A stretch of DNA of 64,000 nt from Octopus vulgaris (Eukaryota), in NCBI GenBank assembly GCA_951406725.2, contig OX597814.1, positions 53,754,001 to 53,818,000 on the forward strand, read 5' to 3'. Shown piece after piece: positions 25,896 through 40,292 of the stretch. Below the pieces are notes generated by a model, which was given only the letters and a program-made list of their open reading frames with translations, made no database searches and was not told the DNA's origin. The position numbers were made by a program, and so were the translations under genes. Each line of letters begins with the position of its first letter. Positions within the stretch are counted from its first letter, which is position 1.

Positions 25896-28800
25896 CATAC
25901 ACACACACACACGCACACATATATACATACATACATATATATACACACACATACATACATACATACACTTCTCTCCTTCTCTCAAAAGTTTTGGGGAGGG
26001 TGCTGAATTAATTTCTTTAAAATTACTAGATTTATATTTGTAATTAACTGCAATACTTCAGTGTTTTTTCTTAGTTTTATGTATGTATTATGGTTCTGTT
26101 TCTCCATTGTAATACATGTTTTTAAAGATAAATTTTCATATAACTTTTCTTAATATATTTTTATATATTGATGCAATTCTGTGAATTTATTTTCTTGATA
26201 TATTTTACAGACAACTGGTTTGACAGGCCTGCCTGTTGCTAAACATCCCCATCATGTGAGTATTATTGATTTTGATGAATTCAGTAAATTAATAACAGTG
26301 ACATAATTTTTCTCCTTGGGTAGCAACTGTTATTTCCTAGTTGCTTACTCCCAGAAAGTATGGAAAATGGCTAATCTTTCCTTCAAATGGCTAATATTTC
26401 CTTTGTTACATTTATTCAAACCCCAAAGAATCCCTCTCAGCACATGGCTATGATGCTCCTGCAGTACTCCTGCTCATGATCAGAGATGCACATATTGTCA
26501 GCCACTAAGGGACATGCTCAAATAGTTATGGTCAAGCAACTGACAAAGCAAATCTGTAGTATTGAGCAGAATATTTGCTATAACAATATTTCTGCTTGAG
26601 CAAGGCTGTGAGCTGGCAGAAACATGAGCATGCCGGATGAAATGCTTAGTGATATTTCATCTGTCTTTATGTTCTTAGTTCAAATTCTGATAAGGTCAAC
26701 TTTGCCTTTCGTCTTTTCGAGGTCGATAAATTAAGTACCAGTTGTGTACTGGGGTCAATCTAATTAACTGGCTCCCTCCCCAAAAATTTCAGGCCTTGTG
26801 CCTAGAGTAGAAAAGAATATTTCTGCTTGAGCAACTCAGCACTGAATCTATCTGAAATGTAATGGAAAATAGGTCAGTTTCAAAACATCGATGTCCAGAT
26901 CACAAAAGCAAAGTTTGAAGGGAATAGCAGTCATTTCCTTTGGTTTCTAAATAGAAGCAAATAGGAAATAACACTTACTGACTAAAGACAAAAACAAATA
27001 AAAATAAAAAGTGTAACAGAAATTTTATTTGAAATTGTACATATCCTCTGAATTAAAGGAGGCTTTTACATTCTCATTCTTTATTTAGACCATATAAATA
27101 TTACTTAAATTATTGACTTGAATATTATTGAAAGTGGTTTACCACAGACCAATGGTGACTGGATTAATCCCATTTTTTTTTCTATATAATTTTCTAATAT
27201 TTAAAAATCTTTTTTGTGACTGTAAAGTAAATGTTTTGATTGTAATTTTGTTAACTTGTCTGTCCTTTGTGTATAGCGATGTCATGACCTTGACCAAAAG
27301 TCAGGAACAAAATAAGATAGTTCTCTCCATTTATGAAAACCAAATTATCATTTGCTGATCATAATTCATTCACTGGCTGGAAGGTTCAAGTTTTTGCAAC
27401 TGACAGCAAAGTACTAAGTCTTTGTCTCTAGCTATTTATTCTATTTACTCCATCCTAAATTGCTAAAAATTAGTAAGACACTTTTTCTAGCTGAATGGTG
27501 GCAATTACCACACCTCAACAGATACCATCATCACTACTGCATTGCTTCAGTCACCACTACATCAATCAGCAACTAATGTATAGCTACTGCTATTATCACA
27601 CTACTACAACCACAACTATATACTTAAAGCCATCAGTATGTGAATGTGTGAAGAAATTTAGTCATTATTTTCTCCCCATACCTGTTCTGCTACCAATAAT
27701 GAAATAAGAACCTGTTACTTTTCTGCCAGGAAACTAACACTGTATCCATAAAGTAATTCTTTTTCAAATGAGTTAACTACTGAAAAAGATGATAATGATG
27801 AGGATTTCTGATATTGGTATAAGGACCCAGCAATAATAATGGTTTCAGTGGAGCAGCAGTTTGGGCATGGAACTATATTAAAAAAAAAAATATGTAAATT
27901 GATCAACCAAACTTACCTGAGTTACAATTCTCATTACAATGTTCTCTCCCAGAAGTATCAGTTATAAGTCAATACAAGTTGAAGCTTCTCTGCCACTTCA
28001 ACTAAAAATACATTTAAATTTACTGAGGCAATTACAGAAACAATGTTTATAATAAATGCTTTTTCTTCTAAGAGTTTGCAGCACTATAATGAAAATAAGG
28101 GTAATATTTGATGTGTGTAGTAATAATAATTATAATAATGCTAGTTTTTAAATTTGTTATGTAAGGTAAGCCTTTCCTCTCTACATTTTCCTCTTTGTTT
28201 TTCTCTCAAACTTTTCTCTTGTTCTTTGTACAGACCCTGAAAATTCTCTATGAGAAAATTCTACGCACCTTGGCAAAGATGCCTGAAGATGCTACCTATC
28301 GGAAAAACACACAAATGATTGTCCAAGAACGGTTATCATTAGTAAATTCAGTGAGTTATTTTTTGGTTATAGCATTCTTTAATCTCTAGAAATATGGTAA
28401 TCTTCATCAAAATGAGTATTATCATCATAAAACACTCTCAGATAAATTTAAAATCCATTTTCTTTCTAATCCCAAACTATCTAATAAATCAAATGGTAAT
28501 AAACTATGTAATAAATCAGATTAATCTGTCTCATAAATTACAATACTAAATCAGTCCTACTTGCCCACCTATGCTACAATAACACCTTGATGTATAAAAC
28601 ATCGATATAAAACGTGTATGGACTGTAGACTAGATGGAAAATACTGCTACAGGTTGTATCATTATGTGTACTTATACCATCCAACTCAGTCCAGCATAAC
28701 GTTGCCAGACTATTACTTAATTCTTCACAGTATGTTTAGGCAATTGCACTTCTTATACAGAATGCTGATTGCCATCTTACACCCCTATATCTTCATGTAC

Positions 28801-31800
28801 CCTAGACTGACAAACAATATTCCATATAAGCTTACAATAAACAAAAGCTCTATAAGGATGCAGTGTAGTCCCTAACCAGACTAAAGCATAGTATGTATCA
28901 CTCACAGTCATTCAATTTACTGTTTCTGAGAATGTCTGTGGTACAGCTGTACTGAAGCACACTATCATCATCATTGGTGGGATTTTTTTGTGGGGAGGTG
29001 GGTAATCTGTTGTTTATTATTAGGCATCCAGCTGTAAAAAAACTGACCCCGCCTGTGCTAGTGTCACATAAAAAGCACTCAACCTACTCTGCAGGATGGT
29101 TGGTGTTAGGAAGGGTATCCAGCTATAAAATCTATGCTAAAATGCTAAAACAGTATGGTGCAGGCTTCTGCATGGCCAACTCTTGTCAAACCATCCAACC
29201 CATGCCAGCATGGAAAGAAGACGTTAAATGATGATGGTTATCAACACACATATTGATACTTTACTTGCATTTAATGCTGCTACTAATTTAAGCTTAAGGG
29301 TAGCATCAATCTGTAAACCAGCTACTTTCATGTTGAAATTTACAAACCTGTCTAGCTTTGAAATCATAGAAAAAAAAGTAGAGCTAAGTAAACCAATATA
29401 GATAAAAAAAATACAGAATTTTCAATAGTTATTGAAGTGCATAGATAGTTAGAACTGGTTGATTAAAATTATCAACATCTGACTATCATTATTGATTCTT
29501 ATAGTTTTTATACTATACTATCTTCCTTGGCTCCAGCCTTCTAAATGTCTTTATTGTAAAATAGTATATTACTGGTGCTCTATAAATATTGTAGATCCTT
29601 TAAATGTGTTTGTGAATTCTATTTTAGGAACCTGATGTTACCAAACTGGAAAATATTGTCAAGGCTGGCCAAGTTGAAGAAATTATACTCCAGGTCAGTG
29701 AAACATCCATGAATTTCCACATCTTTTATTATCTTCACCTGTATACATTATATCATAAATCTGAATATTTTTAACTAATGGTTTATAGACAAATGAACAC
29801 ATTGCCAAATGGTCAAGATGACTTTGCAGTCATGAGGACTAGGGTTCAACAGCCTCTTGGTCAAAAGTCATATTCCATACCTTTGCGTCAACCTAAGCAT
29901 TGTGAATGAGAGTGGGTAGATGGAAACTGTGCTGAAGCCCTTCATGTACCTGTAATTCAAAGATCCATACTGCATCTTGCTGGTTCTGCTTGAGGATATT
30001 ATTAAGGGTGCTCATTTCTGTGTACCATATACATACTTTTTAAATGAGCAGGCAGTCGATGTAATAACTGAATTTTCATTGCTGAAACTGACACAGATCC
30101 ATTTACTTACCTTTTTATTAATACAGTTAAAGGATTGAGAATGGTGAACACTATTGAAAACCAAAATGTATGATTTACTGTAACTATTTTGATACCTCAA
30201 TGTTCTTTGTCCAAATCCTGCAAAATCGAAACATGAAGAGTTTATATCATCATCATCCGCTTTCCATGCTGGCATGGGTTGGACGGTTTGACTTGAGGGT
30301 TGGCAAGCCAGAAGGCTGCACTGGGCTCCAATCCGATCTGGCAATGTTTCTACAGCTGGATGCCTTTCCTAATGCCAACCACTCCAAGAGTGTAGTGGAT
30401 GCTTTTTATGTGCCACTGGCATGAGGGCCAGTCAGGTGGTACTGGCATCAATCATGCTCAAATGGTGCTTTTTATGTGCCACCAGCACAGGGACCAGTCA
30501 GACAGCACTGGCAATGACCACAATCAAATGGTGCTTTTTTATGTGCCACCAGCACGGTCCAGTCAGACAGCACTGGCATCGACCATGTTCAGATGGTGCT
30601 TTTTCAATGCCACCAGCACAGGTGTCAATCAGGCAGTACTGTCATTGGCCACAACGACATCACTTGCCTCAACAGGTCTTTGCAAGTGTGATTTATTGCC
30701 CAATAATTGAAGGGTGCTCTTAAACGGGCTGGTTATGCTGTACTAGCATAGGCCACGGTTACGGACTCACTTTTCTTGCCGGGTCTTCTCAAGCACAGCA
30801 TATCTCCAGAGGTCTCGGTCACTTTCTTGGGTCTACCTCTTCCACAGGTTCCCTCTACTGCTAAGGTGTGACCCAGCTGTCCTCACCCATGCGCAACACA
30901 TGACCATACCAGTGCAGTCGTCTCTTTTGCACACCACGTCTAATGCTTCTTATGTTCAACTTTTCTCTCAAGGCGCTTACACTGTTGTGTATGCACACTG
31001 ACATTATACATCCAGCAGTACATACTAGCTTCATTCCTCCTCAGCAGTTACAGCCCATGTTTCACTGCCATGTAGCATGGCTGTTTGCACACATGCATCA
31101 TACAGTCTACCTTTTACTCTGAGTGAGAGGCTCTTTGTCACCAGCAGAGGTAGGAGCTCTCTGAACTTTGCCCAAGCTATTCTTATTCTAGCAGCTACAC
31201 TCTGAGAGCAACCACCTCCATTACTGACTTGGTCACCTCGGTAACGGAAGCTATCAACTACTTTTAGTTTTTCCTCCTAGAATGCAATGGAGGCTGTTTT
31301 CTGCACATTTTCAGTGTTCATTGCCCCTGAGCATTTGCCACACCCAAAATCTATCTTCCCAGTTAGCTTTCTTTCAATATTGCTGCACCTCTTATGTGTC
31401 CATAGCTTACACCAGGTACACCTTATGGAGTTTCTACCTACGCCTTTTCTACAGATCAAGCAGGGCCATCTACCTGAAGGGATTTGTGGCTTGTCTGCCT
31501 TCCTACTTATTAAGACTTTGATTTTTACTAGATTGACTCTAAGGCCCTTTGATTCTAGACCTTGCTTTCACACCTGAAACTTCTCTAGTTTTGATAGTGA
31601 CTCAACTATTAGAGCAAGTTCATCAGCATAGAGGAGCTCCCAGGGGCAGCCTGTCTTGAATTCCTCTGTTATTGCCGGAAAGACTATGAATAAGAGGGGG
31701 CTGAGGATTGATCCTTGGTAGACCCCTACTCCTACCCAGAATTCTTCACTGTACTTGTTGCCATCCCTCACCTTACTGACAGCATCCTTGTACATGGCTT

Positions 31801-33615
31801 GTACAGCTCTCATTAACATTTCTGCATTGACCACCAGATAAGGGATTAGGGGACCCTGTCAAAGGTTTTCTCCATGTCAACGAAAGCCAGGTACAGAGGT
31901 TTATCTTTGGCTAGGTATTTCTCCTACAGCTGTCTTACCAGAAATATAGCATCAGTGGTGCTTTTCCCTGGTACAAACCCAAACTGCATCTCGTCTAGAC
32001 TGACTCTCTCCCTAATTATTCTAACTACCTCGATTACCTTATCAACCCATTTCTCTGCAAGAAGTATACCCATGCTCCCAACCCCACCAGTGTTCCCTGC
32101 CCAGAAAATTTTATACCTATGTTCTTTGCCTGTGAGGAACCTAGCAGAACTTCCTCTCCACCTTACTTCTTGGATGCTGCACAAATCTACACGTCTCCAT
32201 TGAAGCATCTCCACAATCTCACAGATCTACCTTTCAGTGTGCCAACCCTGAGGGTGTGGGAGGTGTGGGCCCATGATATCCTGGGATAATAACAGCAGTG
32301 TCATGTACCTGAAAAGAAAGCTCGCATTTGGCAGGACTCATAAATACAATAGCCTTTCAACTTGCATACACTACACCATCATTTTTCATGCCCTACATAA
32401 TCACTACATATATCTTACATAATTAATTCAAACCTTCTGCTGTTGTTTGAGCTTCTGGAAGAACTCTTTATTTTACATTGCTTCAGTTCATCAGTCTGAT
32501 AGAAACTGAAAGCAAATAATTTGAGAATAATACCAAAAGTAAATACCTAAGTAAGGTATTATAATATGAATCCCCCAGGGAAAAAAATCTTTCTTGAAAG
32601 TATCTCCATTACCTAAAATGCTATGAGCCACATTCTAAATTTTTATTGAAAAGACAAATAGAGCCATCAAGAAAGCCTCTTCACAAATTATGCAATAAGC
32701 TAGTTATATACCTGCTTATTTCATATACAGATGACACATAAATATTGAATGCCTGATTAATTATAATCAGTGATATCTGTCAAAAAGCAATTGGAACTAT
32801 TAATTTCACTTCATGACTTTGAAATAAACTTCCTGACCACTTGACCAAAAGAAGAGGAGAAAAATATGAGCCAAAATTACTTGACATTGTTTCTATATAT
32901 TTAGTTGATAATTACTTCTGAAATATTTTAAACCATTGGTGAGTATAGTTTCTCTGTTCAAAGGCTACATTCCAAAAAGATTTATACAGCTAAACTTACT
33001 ACTCAATAACATATAGTTATAAAAATTCTAACAAAATTTTTTTTTAAATTAGCCCTTTGGCATTTAAACTGGCCATATCTGGCCCAAATATTCAACCAGT
33101 TTTATGTTCAAACTGACTTGATCCAGCCTCTCACACCTATGCTACAATGTCATTCTACAAATAAACAAGTACATCATCAAAAGCTCTGAGGTAATGCATG
33201 ATTAATTCAAAACAGTGTGAATAAATATTTGATAGAGTAATCTGAATGCTACAGGCAGTTTCAAGTAAGCCCTTTACTGTAAACAGTAGTTACAAGTGTA
33301 GGTAAAAATATTTATGGAAGTGCTTCTAAAATTTGCAATTAGTTACAAAGACAGGTATTAAATAATACTAAATCAACAAAAATATATCCTAGCGTAATGA
33401 TTTTCCCTCAAACATTGTACTTTTTGTAGAAGGTTGCACATTCTCCACCTTTGTTCCATACCATTTATAACTTTCTGTGTTACTTCATAATTATCACTTC
33501 ACTTTTTTGCCAGGCTCATCGAGAATTATCTTTATCCAGAAAGATGTTGGAATGGCGACCTTGGGAACCCTTAATTGGTGAAGCACCTCCAAATCAATGG
33601 AAATGGCCTATATAA
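22924..33615 (+). CDS. NDUFA5: NADH:ubiquinone oxidoreductase subunit A5 (B13), complete 5-exon gene: join(22924-22944,26211-26255,28234-28350,29628-29693,33514-33615), 116 aa
   Basis: Spliced translation [116 protein letters not shown]. Family-typical TTGLxGL, YR, GQxEE and PWEPL...QWKWP motifs. All four introns are GT-AG and phase 0. Confidence 0.97.
25135..25346. repeat. Spacer-less imperfect palindrome (arms about 106 bp) in NDUFA5 intron 1
   Basis: TTTCAGAAATAGAATTATA... / ...TATAATTCTATTTATGAAA; centre CATTAATATG|CATACTAATG at 25240/25241. Confidence 0.85.
26211..26255 (+). CDS. NDUFA5: NDUFA5 exon 2 ([15 protein letters not shown])
   Basis: ttttacag acceptor, gtgagt donor, 45 nt. Confidence 0.95.
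26604..26815 (+). mobile_element. Full-length family-A SINE with 19-bp target-site duplication
   Basis: TSD AATATTTCTGCTTGAGCAA at 26585-26603 and 26816-26834. Confidence 0.9.
28234..28350 (+). CDS. NDUFA5: NDUFA5 exon 3
   Basis: Long pyrimidine tract and tacag acceptor, gtgagt donor, 117 nt; lies within ORF 28195..28389. Confidence 0.96.
29628..29693 (+). CDS. NDUFA5: NDUFA5 exon 4
   Basis: ttttag acceptor, CAG|gtcagt donor, 66 nt, [22 protein letters not shown]. Confidence 0.96.
30244..32335 (-). mobile_element. Internally deleted RTE-clade LINE in NDUFA5 intron 4 (antisense to the gene)
   Basis: APE start ([13 protein letters not shown]) joined to RT ([33 protein letters not shown]); Cys-rich PHD-like insert; 3' UTR with repeats of about 60 bp and a (TGA)n tail. 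Confidence 0.92.
33514..33615 (+). CDS. NDUFA5: NDUFA5 last coding exon
   Basis: ttttttgccag acceptor; ends WKWPI-TAA. Confidence 0.96.
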   Translation, partial: AHRELSLSRKMLEWRPWEPLIGEAPPNQWKWPI

Positions 33616-33713
33616 ATGTATTATCTAAAGGTATTAGTTAGAAATGTACTTATTTTTAGTTTATATTAAATTATGAGAAACATCTAAAATGAGTGATCAG
33701 AAAAATTTTGCTA

Positions 33714-33719
33714 AATAAA
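33714..33719 (+). terminator. Probable NDUFA5 polyadenylation signal AATAAA
   Basis: AATAAA about 100 nt after the stop, followed by a T-rich downstream tract (33735-33770). Confidence 0.6.
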
Positions 33720-34339
33720 AATAGAATGGTCTAAATGTTTTATTTTCTTTCTTTTTTCTGGCATTATTTTTGGTAAATATCAAAGTAAGTAAAGCTATCA
33801 GAAGTGGCTGGGATGGTAATGATAAATGCAACTGTTAGCTCACATATATATATATAAATAAACTATATCATTTTAATACTGGTCAGTGGAAGTAGTAAAT
33901 TATTTCTTTTACTTTGATAACATAATCCATGCCGGTGATATTAGTCATACTACAGAGGCTAAGGTTTAAAAAAAAGATTTGGAAACCTGGTTATTCCAGT
34001 TGACATTAAAGAGTCAAGTGTATGTAACATAAAAGTGTGATTATGTTTATTGATGTATCAAAATATTGCATCAAATTGAGAAAAATTAGTTGAATATGGT
34101 ACTTTGAATAATGTTAACTTCTCTGTCAAAGATACTGGCTGGTCTATGCAGAAGAAAACATTGTTATGGGCATGTTATGTGAAAATGTGAAATAGTATTG
34201 ATGAAAATATCTACAATAGAAATAGACATGGAAAGAAATGGTTTGGTTAAACCTGTCACAGATGGCGACACAAGATTAAGGTTCAAACATAGTTTTTTTT
34301 ACACCTGCCCAACTCATTAGCATAGCAAAACATATTTAA

Positions 34340-34560
34340 CCCTTTTGTTACTAACCCGGCCAAAACCGGCTCTGGTTCAGTAGTACAAATGTCTTGTTTT
34401 CATAAGTTTTGAATTCAAATCTTCCACCAAACCTTAGTCACAATTTATGTTCCTAACACCAGCTTAATGATAATGAAGTTATTTTACTAAATTCTTTGTT
34501 ATATTTAAAGTAATTGAAAGAAACACAGAGCATCTCAAAATAAATACAGTAACGAAAGGG
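34340..34560. mobile_element. piggyBac-type MITE
   Basis: TTAA target duplications; TIR CCCTTTTGTTAC / GTAACGAAAGGG. Related ends occur at about 33049-33260 and 62900-63185. Confidence 0.9.
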
Positions 34561-37500
34561 TTAAAAATGATAATTGTCAAGTACTTGCTTTTAGCCTATG
34601 AAAGATGTTATAACAGAAAGACTGAATTCATAGGGCTCAGAGAAGCAGAATCTATAATAGGCTACCTAGATGTCTGGGTCTGTCAATAACACTGTCTCCT
34701 CCATAGCAAAGTTTGTGTGATAAGTGCAGCATGATGACAAACCAATCTGAAGAATAAACATCCAATTTGATGAACCTGTAAGCCACTGTGATGTTATCAA
34801 CATGAGTTGACGCTATTCCTTCAACAGCAATTACAGTAGTACAGTTAAGCTCAATAGTAACCCATGCAAAATGAAGTGTAACTAAGAAAAGTAGTCTGGC
34901 GCTTATGACATCAGTTGATATGTGCAGGCAAGAAGTTGCAAAGGAAATATAAATGAACAATACGTTTTGAATAATATGCAAAATACTTTGGCAACCATAG
35001 ATCTAGATTGATGTCAGATCTAAGAATAAGATGAGACACAATAACAAGACAGCTAATTGTATGTTATACTGCAATGAGAAAGAGCAGATTTTAAAATAAT
35101 GATAATGAGAGTCCAAATGAAGTAAAGGGGAAAATAAAACAGAACGCATTTTTTGTTTTGGATCCTTTCAAATTTTTAACAACTTTTATACAGAAACAGT
35201 TTCCTTTTAGTTGAAACAAAGGCTCTGGGTTTCAGAGATGGAATTTAAGCAAGCTGTGTGATATGTACTTCCTGTAAATCATTTCCCACTCCCACAATTT
35301 ATATAATTATTCATCTTGCTGTCTGAAGTAATTGAGGGAACATCTAGAAAAAGCAGATTAATCTTATAAAAGGAAGGGCAATGGATGATGTAGTCCTAAA
35401 TACACAATGTCTGAAAAAAACTGCAAGGATTAAGGCTAGAATGCCTTAGATCACTGATCTCCATGATCTGGATCATCATGACCTGGATTTAGACAGCAGC
35501 AACAATATAGAGCGTTTGCATCAAGTCAAAAAGAGACCTGATTAAGAAATTTACAAAATTTTTTTTAAATGATGTAACACAAGTCAGCCTTTTTTACAAT
35601 ATATTTTTATTTTTATTGTTTTTACATTGTAATACCATTTTTCTTTTGTATAAGTCACATCAGCAGTAAGAAAATCATTTCATGATATCTACAAATTGGT
35701 ACTTGAAAGTCAAATAATAATCTGTATATACAGCTGGCAAAGGCAAACAAAAATATTTACAGTGGCACCCCTCCCCATCCCACCCCCAAATGTGTACTTC
35801 TTGGTTTCAAATTAACAGAACATTTAGCTTCAGTTTTTTAAGATCATATGCTATGCAATATTTAAAATTACATATGCAATATTTTGCAGTCTTTACAATG
35901 ACATATAGCATGTTTTAGATCTCATATTTATTGGAACAGCCATTTGAGCTTTCATTTAGACAGTTCCAAAAACATGAAATTTTTCATCTGAATTGTTAAC
36001 ATTTTACACAACAAAACACTTTCATTGTTGTCATAACTGCATATTTACTTGTGTTAAAAATTGTAAAAATCAACCTGGAGGTTGATTTATGCAATTTAGT
36101 ATTATTGTACTGAAGGTAACCAGCAGTACTGATATGCATTTTAGCCACTGGTATTTTCTAACAATCCTGAAAAATCACTTCAACCAAATGTTCTTGAGCC
36201 TTCAATTTTAACAATCATAATTATCTTACAAACACTTTGTCAAAAAATATCTTTTGTTTATTAATACTTTTTTAATCTCAAATATTGAAATTTAAATGAG
36301 TTTTTTTGATAAATAAATAGAATTGCATAAAAAATAATGTTAGGTTTTGTTATGTTTTAAGGCACAAAGGTTTTTGGATAGCATGAATATCCCATTCATA
36401 TTGTTGGTTTTAGTTTTAGTTGAGTAAAATGGAATCAAAATGGTTTAAATTTATCAAAACAAAATATCAAAAAAAATTGACTTGAAAAGATAAATCACAA
36501 TAATAATGGAGCATGAAACCTCATTGAGATAGAAAATGAATCTTGAGAATTTTTTCTAGGTGTGTTAGCAATGTAAATGAATGAGTTCCAATCAACTATG
36601 AAAATACACCAAGAACATGTACCCTACTCTCCTACAATGCTCACTTTCCACATAATAATGGCAATAGAGGTTTCAAATTCTGGCACAAGGCTGGCAATTT
36701 CAGGGAGGGTTTAAGTCAATTATCATTGACCCCAGTACTCAACTGATACTTATTTTATCAACTCTGAGAGGATGGAAGGCAAAGTCAACCTCGGCGGCAT
36801 TTGAACTGGGAACATACAGACAGATGAAATGCCACTAAGCATTTTGGTCAGCATGCTAACAATTCAGCCAGCTCATTCTACCTTAATGGTAATATTAATA
36901 ATAATAGTTTTCTAAATATTTATAAAGTTTAGGAGGATCTTGTAACATTAGAAAAATATAAATCAGATACAAGTTAAGCTGATCATTATATTGTATGGAC
37001 TACAAATACACTAGATATTTAGATATCACAATGTAAACATCATTAAACACCTAATTTCCAGAAAATTAATATTAAGAAAGAAAGGAAATACATGAAATTT
37101 TAGTTGTTGTTTGCGTTTTTTTTCTCTCAAACCTTATCTATGAATGTAATCAAGTTGTATATATCACTGCAAAAGAAATATAAAATGGTATGATACCATA
37201 CTGAGAATGTTTAGCTTTTTTTTAATATCAGTGTTAATTTCAAAATATAAATATCTTTCATTGAGATTTGATAAAATTAAAAATAATGAAAACAGATTAA
37301 TATTTTTTAATTAATACTTATTTGGTAATACTTTATATGGAAGGTAAAACCCATAGCCATTAATTGCCAAATTCTTTAGATTTGTGAAGAATTTCACCCA
37401 AAATAGCAGTTTTCAAAATAAAGCTGGTGAAATATTTTTAAAGTAGTTATTAAATAATCTATAATAGAAACTGTATCACAGAGCTTCAAACTCATGTGTG

Positions 37501-39961
37501 TTTATGTGTATGTATACATATATGCATGCATATGTATGTCACATATATGCATGCATATATATGTCACATATGCATGCATATATGTGTCACATATATGCTG
37601 CCTCTTTCAACCCAGTTTTTTCTCTTCCTTCTATCACATGCTCTCCACTAGGACAGTTTTGAAAAAAAATATATTACATTATTGTTTTAATTAGATGTTT
37701 TGTAGTTCTTATTTGTCCTTAGCATTCTTGAAACTGCTCTGAGAAGCAAGCAAATTTACCTATGTAATATAAAAACAAGTGCAGTTTCTCTGCATGAAAG
37801 ACACATTTTACAAGGTAAAGTATCAGCTTAGTTTCACAGAAAAGTTTTCGTCAAAATTCATTTTTTTTTTTCTATAAACTAACAAAAAAAAAAATACACA
37901 ATAAAGCTTATACACAATAAAGTTTTAAGGATGGCAACAATGTAATTAGCTTGTGCATTTCAGACAGCTGATTTCTGAAGGAAGAGAATTGAGTAAAGAG
38001 GTGAAGGTTTATCAGAGTTAACTCCCTTGCGTATTAACTGGTGCTTGCTTAATTGTTTGTAATTGTGAATAAAACAAGTTACGTTTTCTTGTGAGAAAAG
38101 TTAGCTTGTAGTTTATATTCAGTTCCAAAGATATTTTCCAATAAAGAAGAATTTATTCCAATAGGAAAAGATTCGTGTGTTAAGCCCCAAAAGCTGCATC
38201 TATAGAAGGCAGCAAAGCGAAAGTCAATCTCTGGCAGCAGCGGAAGAACAGTAGTGGTTTTCATGAAGGTATGTAAGGTACGAATAAGTCGAAAATGACT
38301 TACAGCTGACAAAAGTTTGTGATGCCACCAACAAAGAAATTATGCAAATGAGATCAGTGGGAAAAAGAGGAAATCTCACTAATCAACAAAAAAAGTCTAG
38401 GTTTTATTTGCAAAATTTGGCACAACCATAATTGAGAATCATGTAGTAGGTATAGGAGCTGATCTGAAAAGAATAAAAATACAAATAAATTAATTTAGCT
38501 ACATTTGTAGACCTGATTTGGTTTACTTTGTTTATTGGGAAAACATTTAAAAGATAATTTTCAAATCTAAATATGAATAATAACACAAAATAATACCGTA
38601 GAAGATGTGAAATGAGCAAGAACTATCAACTTACAAGTCATTAGGCCAAATCTTGGCAGGACAATTTATATTATGTTTTCTCTTTCATGCATGATACCAA
38701 AATTAGAATTACAAATCAGTGCAATTGATACCAGATATTCCAAGTTGCTGGACTGAAATCATGTTGGTGCACCACTTTCAGTCAAATAATCAACCCAAGT
38801 CCTTAGGCTAGTGCTAATTTTAGTAAATAGTTCAAGTTTTACCAGTGTTTTGTCCCTGGAAATAGTTTTCTCTTTACTAGAGATTTCACCCTCTCTCAGC
38901 ATCATCATTTTACCATCCACTTTTTGATACTTGCATAGTTCAGTTGGAGATTTTTGTAGATTGTTTGTGCCAGTTTTCTTTCCTGTCATTAACCCTCACC
39001 TATTTTCAAGAAAGATCATTTCCTCTGGCAAGATAATTTTCAAAGGTAATGCTTGTTCATGAAGGGCTCTACCTAGTCAACCTTCTCCTTCCACTCATAT
39101 TTCATCCTCTATCTCCCATCACTTCCGCCTTCATCTGAGAGCAGAATAGGCACATACTACACATACTGGCTTTCTTAGTTACCTTCACTATTGCCCCCAC
39201 CCATTACCTTGCTTTTCCTGCCTACTGTCTCCACCAATCACCTTTCTGTGCCTTCTGTCTCCTCCCTGTGCTGCTCTCTATCATCATCTCATTTACCTGC
39301 TATCAGCCTCAATGCCCTTACATATCTACTCCAACCCTAACCTGTAATCCTCTCCGATATTTCTTTCCATCATTTGCTACAATCACCTCATCCTGTACAC
39401 TCACCCAGCCCAAGCCTCTATATCACCACACCTATTCTCACCACCCCCAATGTCCCTTGAGGACATGTCTCAACACATTCCTGCCATCATCTCTCTCGCT
39501 ATCAATCCCTTTATCTTACTCTCCAACTCACTTCCCTTTGTTTTCCATCTAGGCTATCCATGTATCTACTTTACAGCAAGACCTACGTCTTCTCCCGCTA
39601 CATCTTAAATCTCTCAACTGGCACAAAACCACACACCCCTCCTAGTTTAGAGGGTTTTGAGGTGCAAGATATTTGGTGACCCTGTTGATGCTGGTGCCAT
39701 ATAAAAAGCACTGGTGGTGGTGCCACATAAAAAGCATCCTGTACACTCTGTAAAGTGATTGGCATTAGGAAGGGCATCCAGATGTAGAAACTATACCAAA
39801 ACAAACAATGGAACCTGGTGCGATTCCATGTCAAACCATCCAACCATGCCACAATGGAAAATAGGCAATAAATGATGATGAATGGAAACAAATGGTACCC
39901 ATTCTCAATTTTCACACAATGTCAACCAACCAACACATACATACATACATGGATTGTGTGC

Positions 39962-40007
<46 letters not shown>

Positions 40008-40292
40008 ATATTATATTAACACAGACACAATGGACTTTTTTCAACTTTCATTTATCAAATCCACTCATAAGGTCTTGGTTAGCCTGGACTATAGGAGAAG
40101 ATACTTGCTCAAGATGCCATACAGCAGGACAAATTAATGTACATTAACAGTATTTTCTATTAATACTTACAGAATGCAATCAATAAATAAAGACAGACAG
40201 ACAGAGAGAGAGAGAGGCAACACTATGTATGGATAGAAGAAATACCTTGTCTTCTACAAACAATAGCTATGAGGATTCAGGAAAAGGTAACG

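Noticed and set aside
30385-30660. Repeats of about 60 bp with a CRISPR-like look
   Set aside because: Degenerate tandem units in the RTE 3' UTR with no unique spacers or cas genes; eukaryotic context
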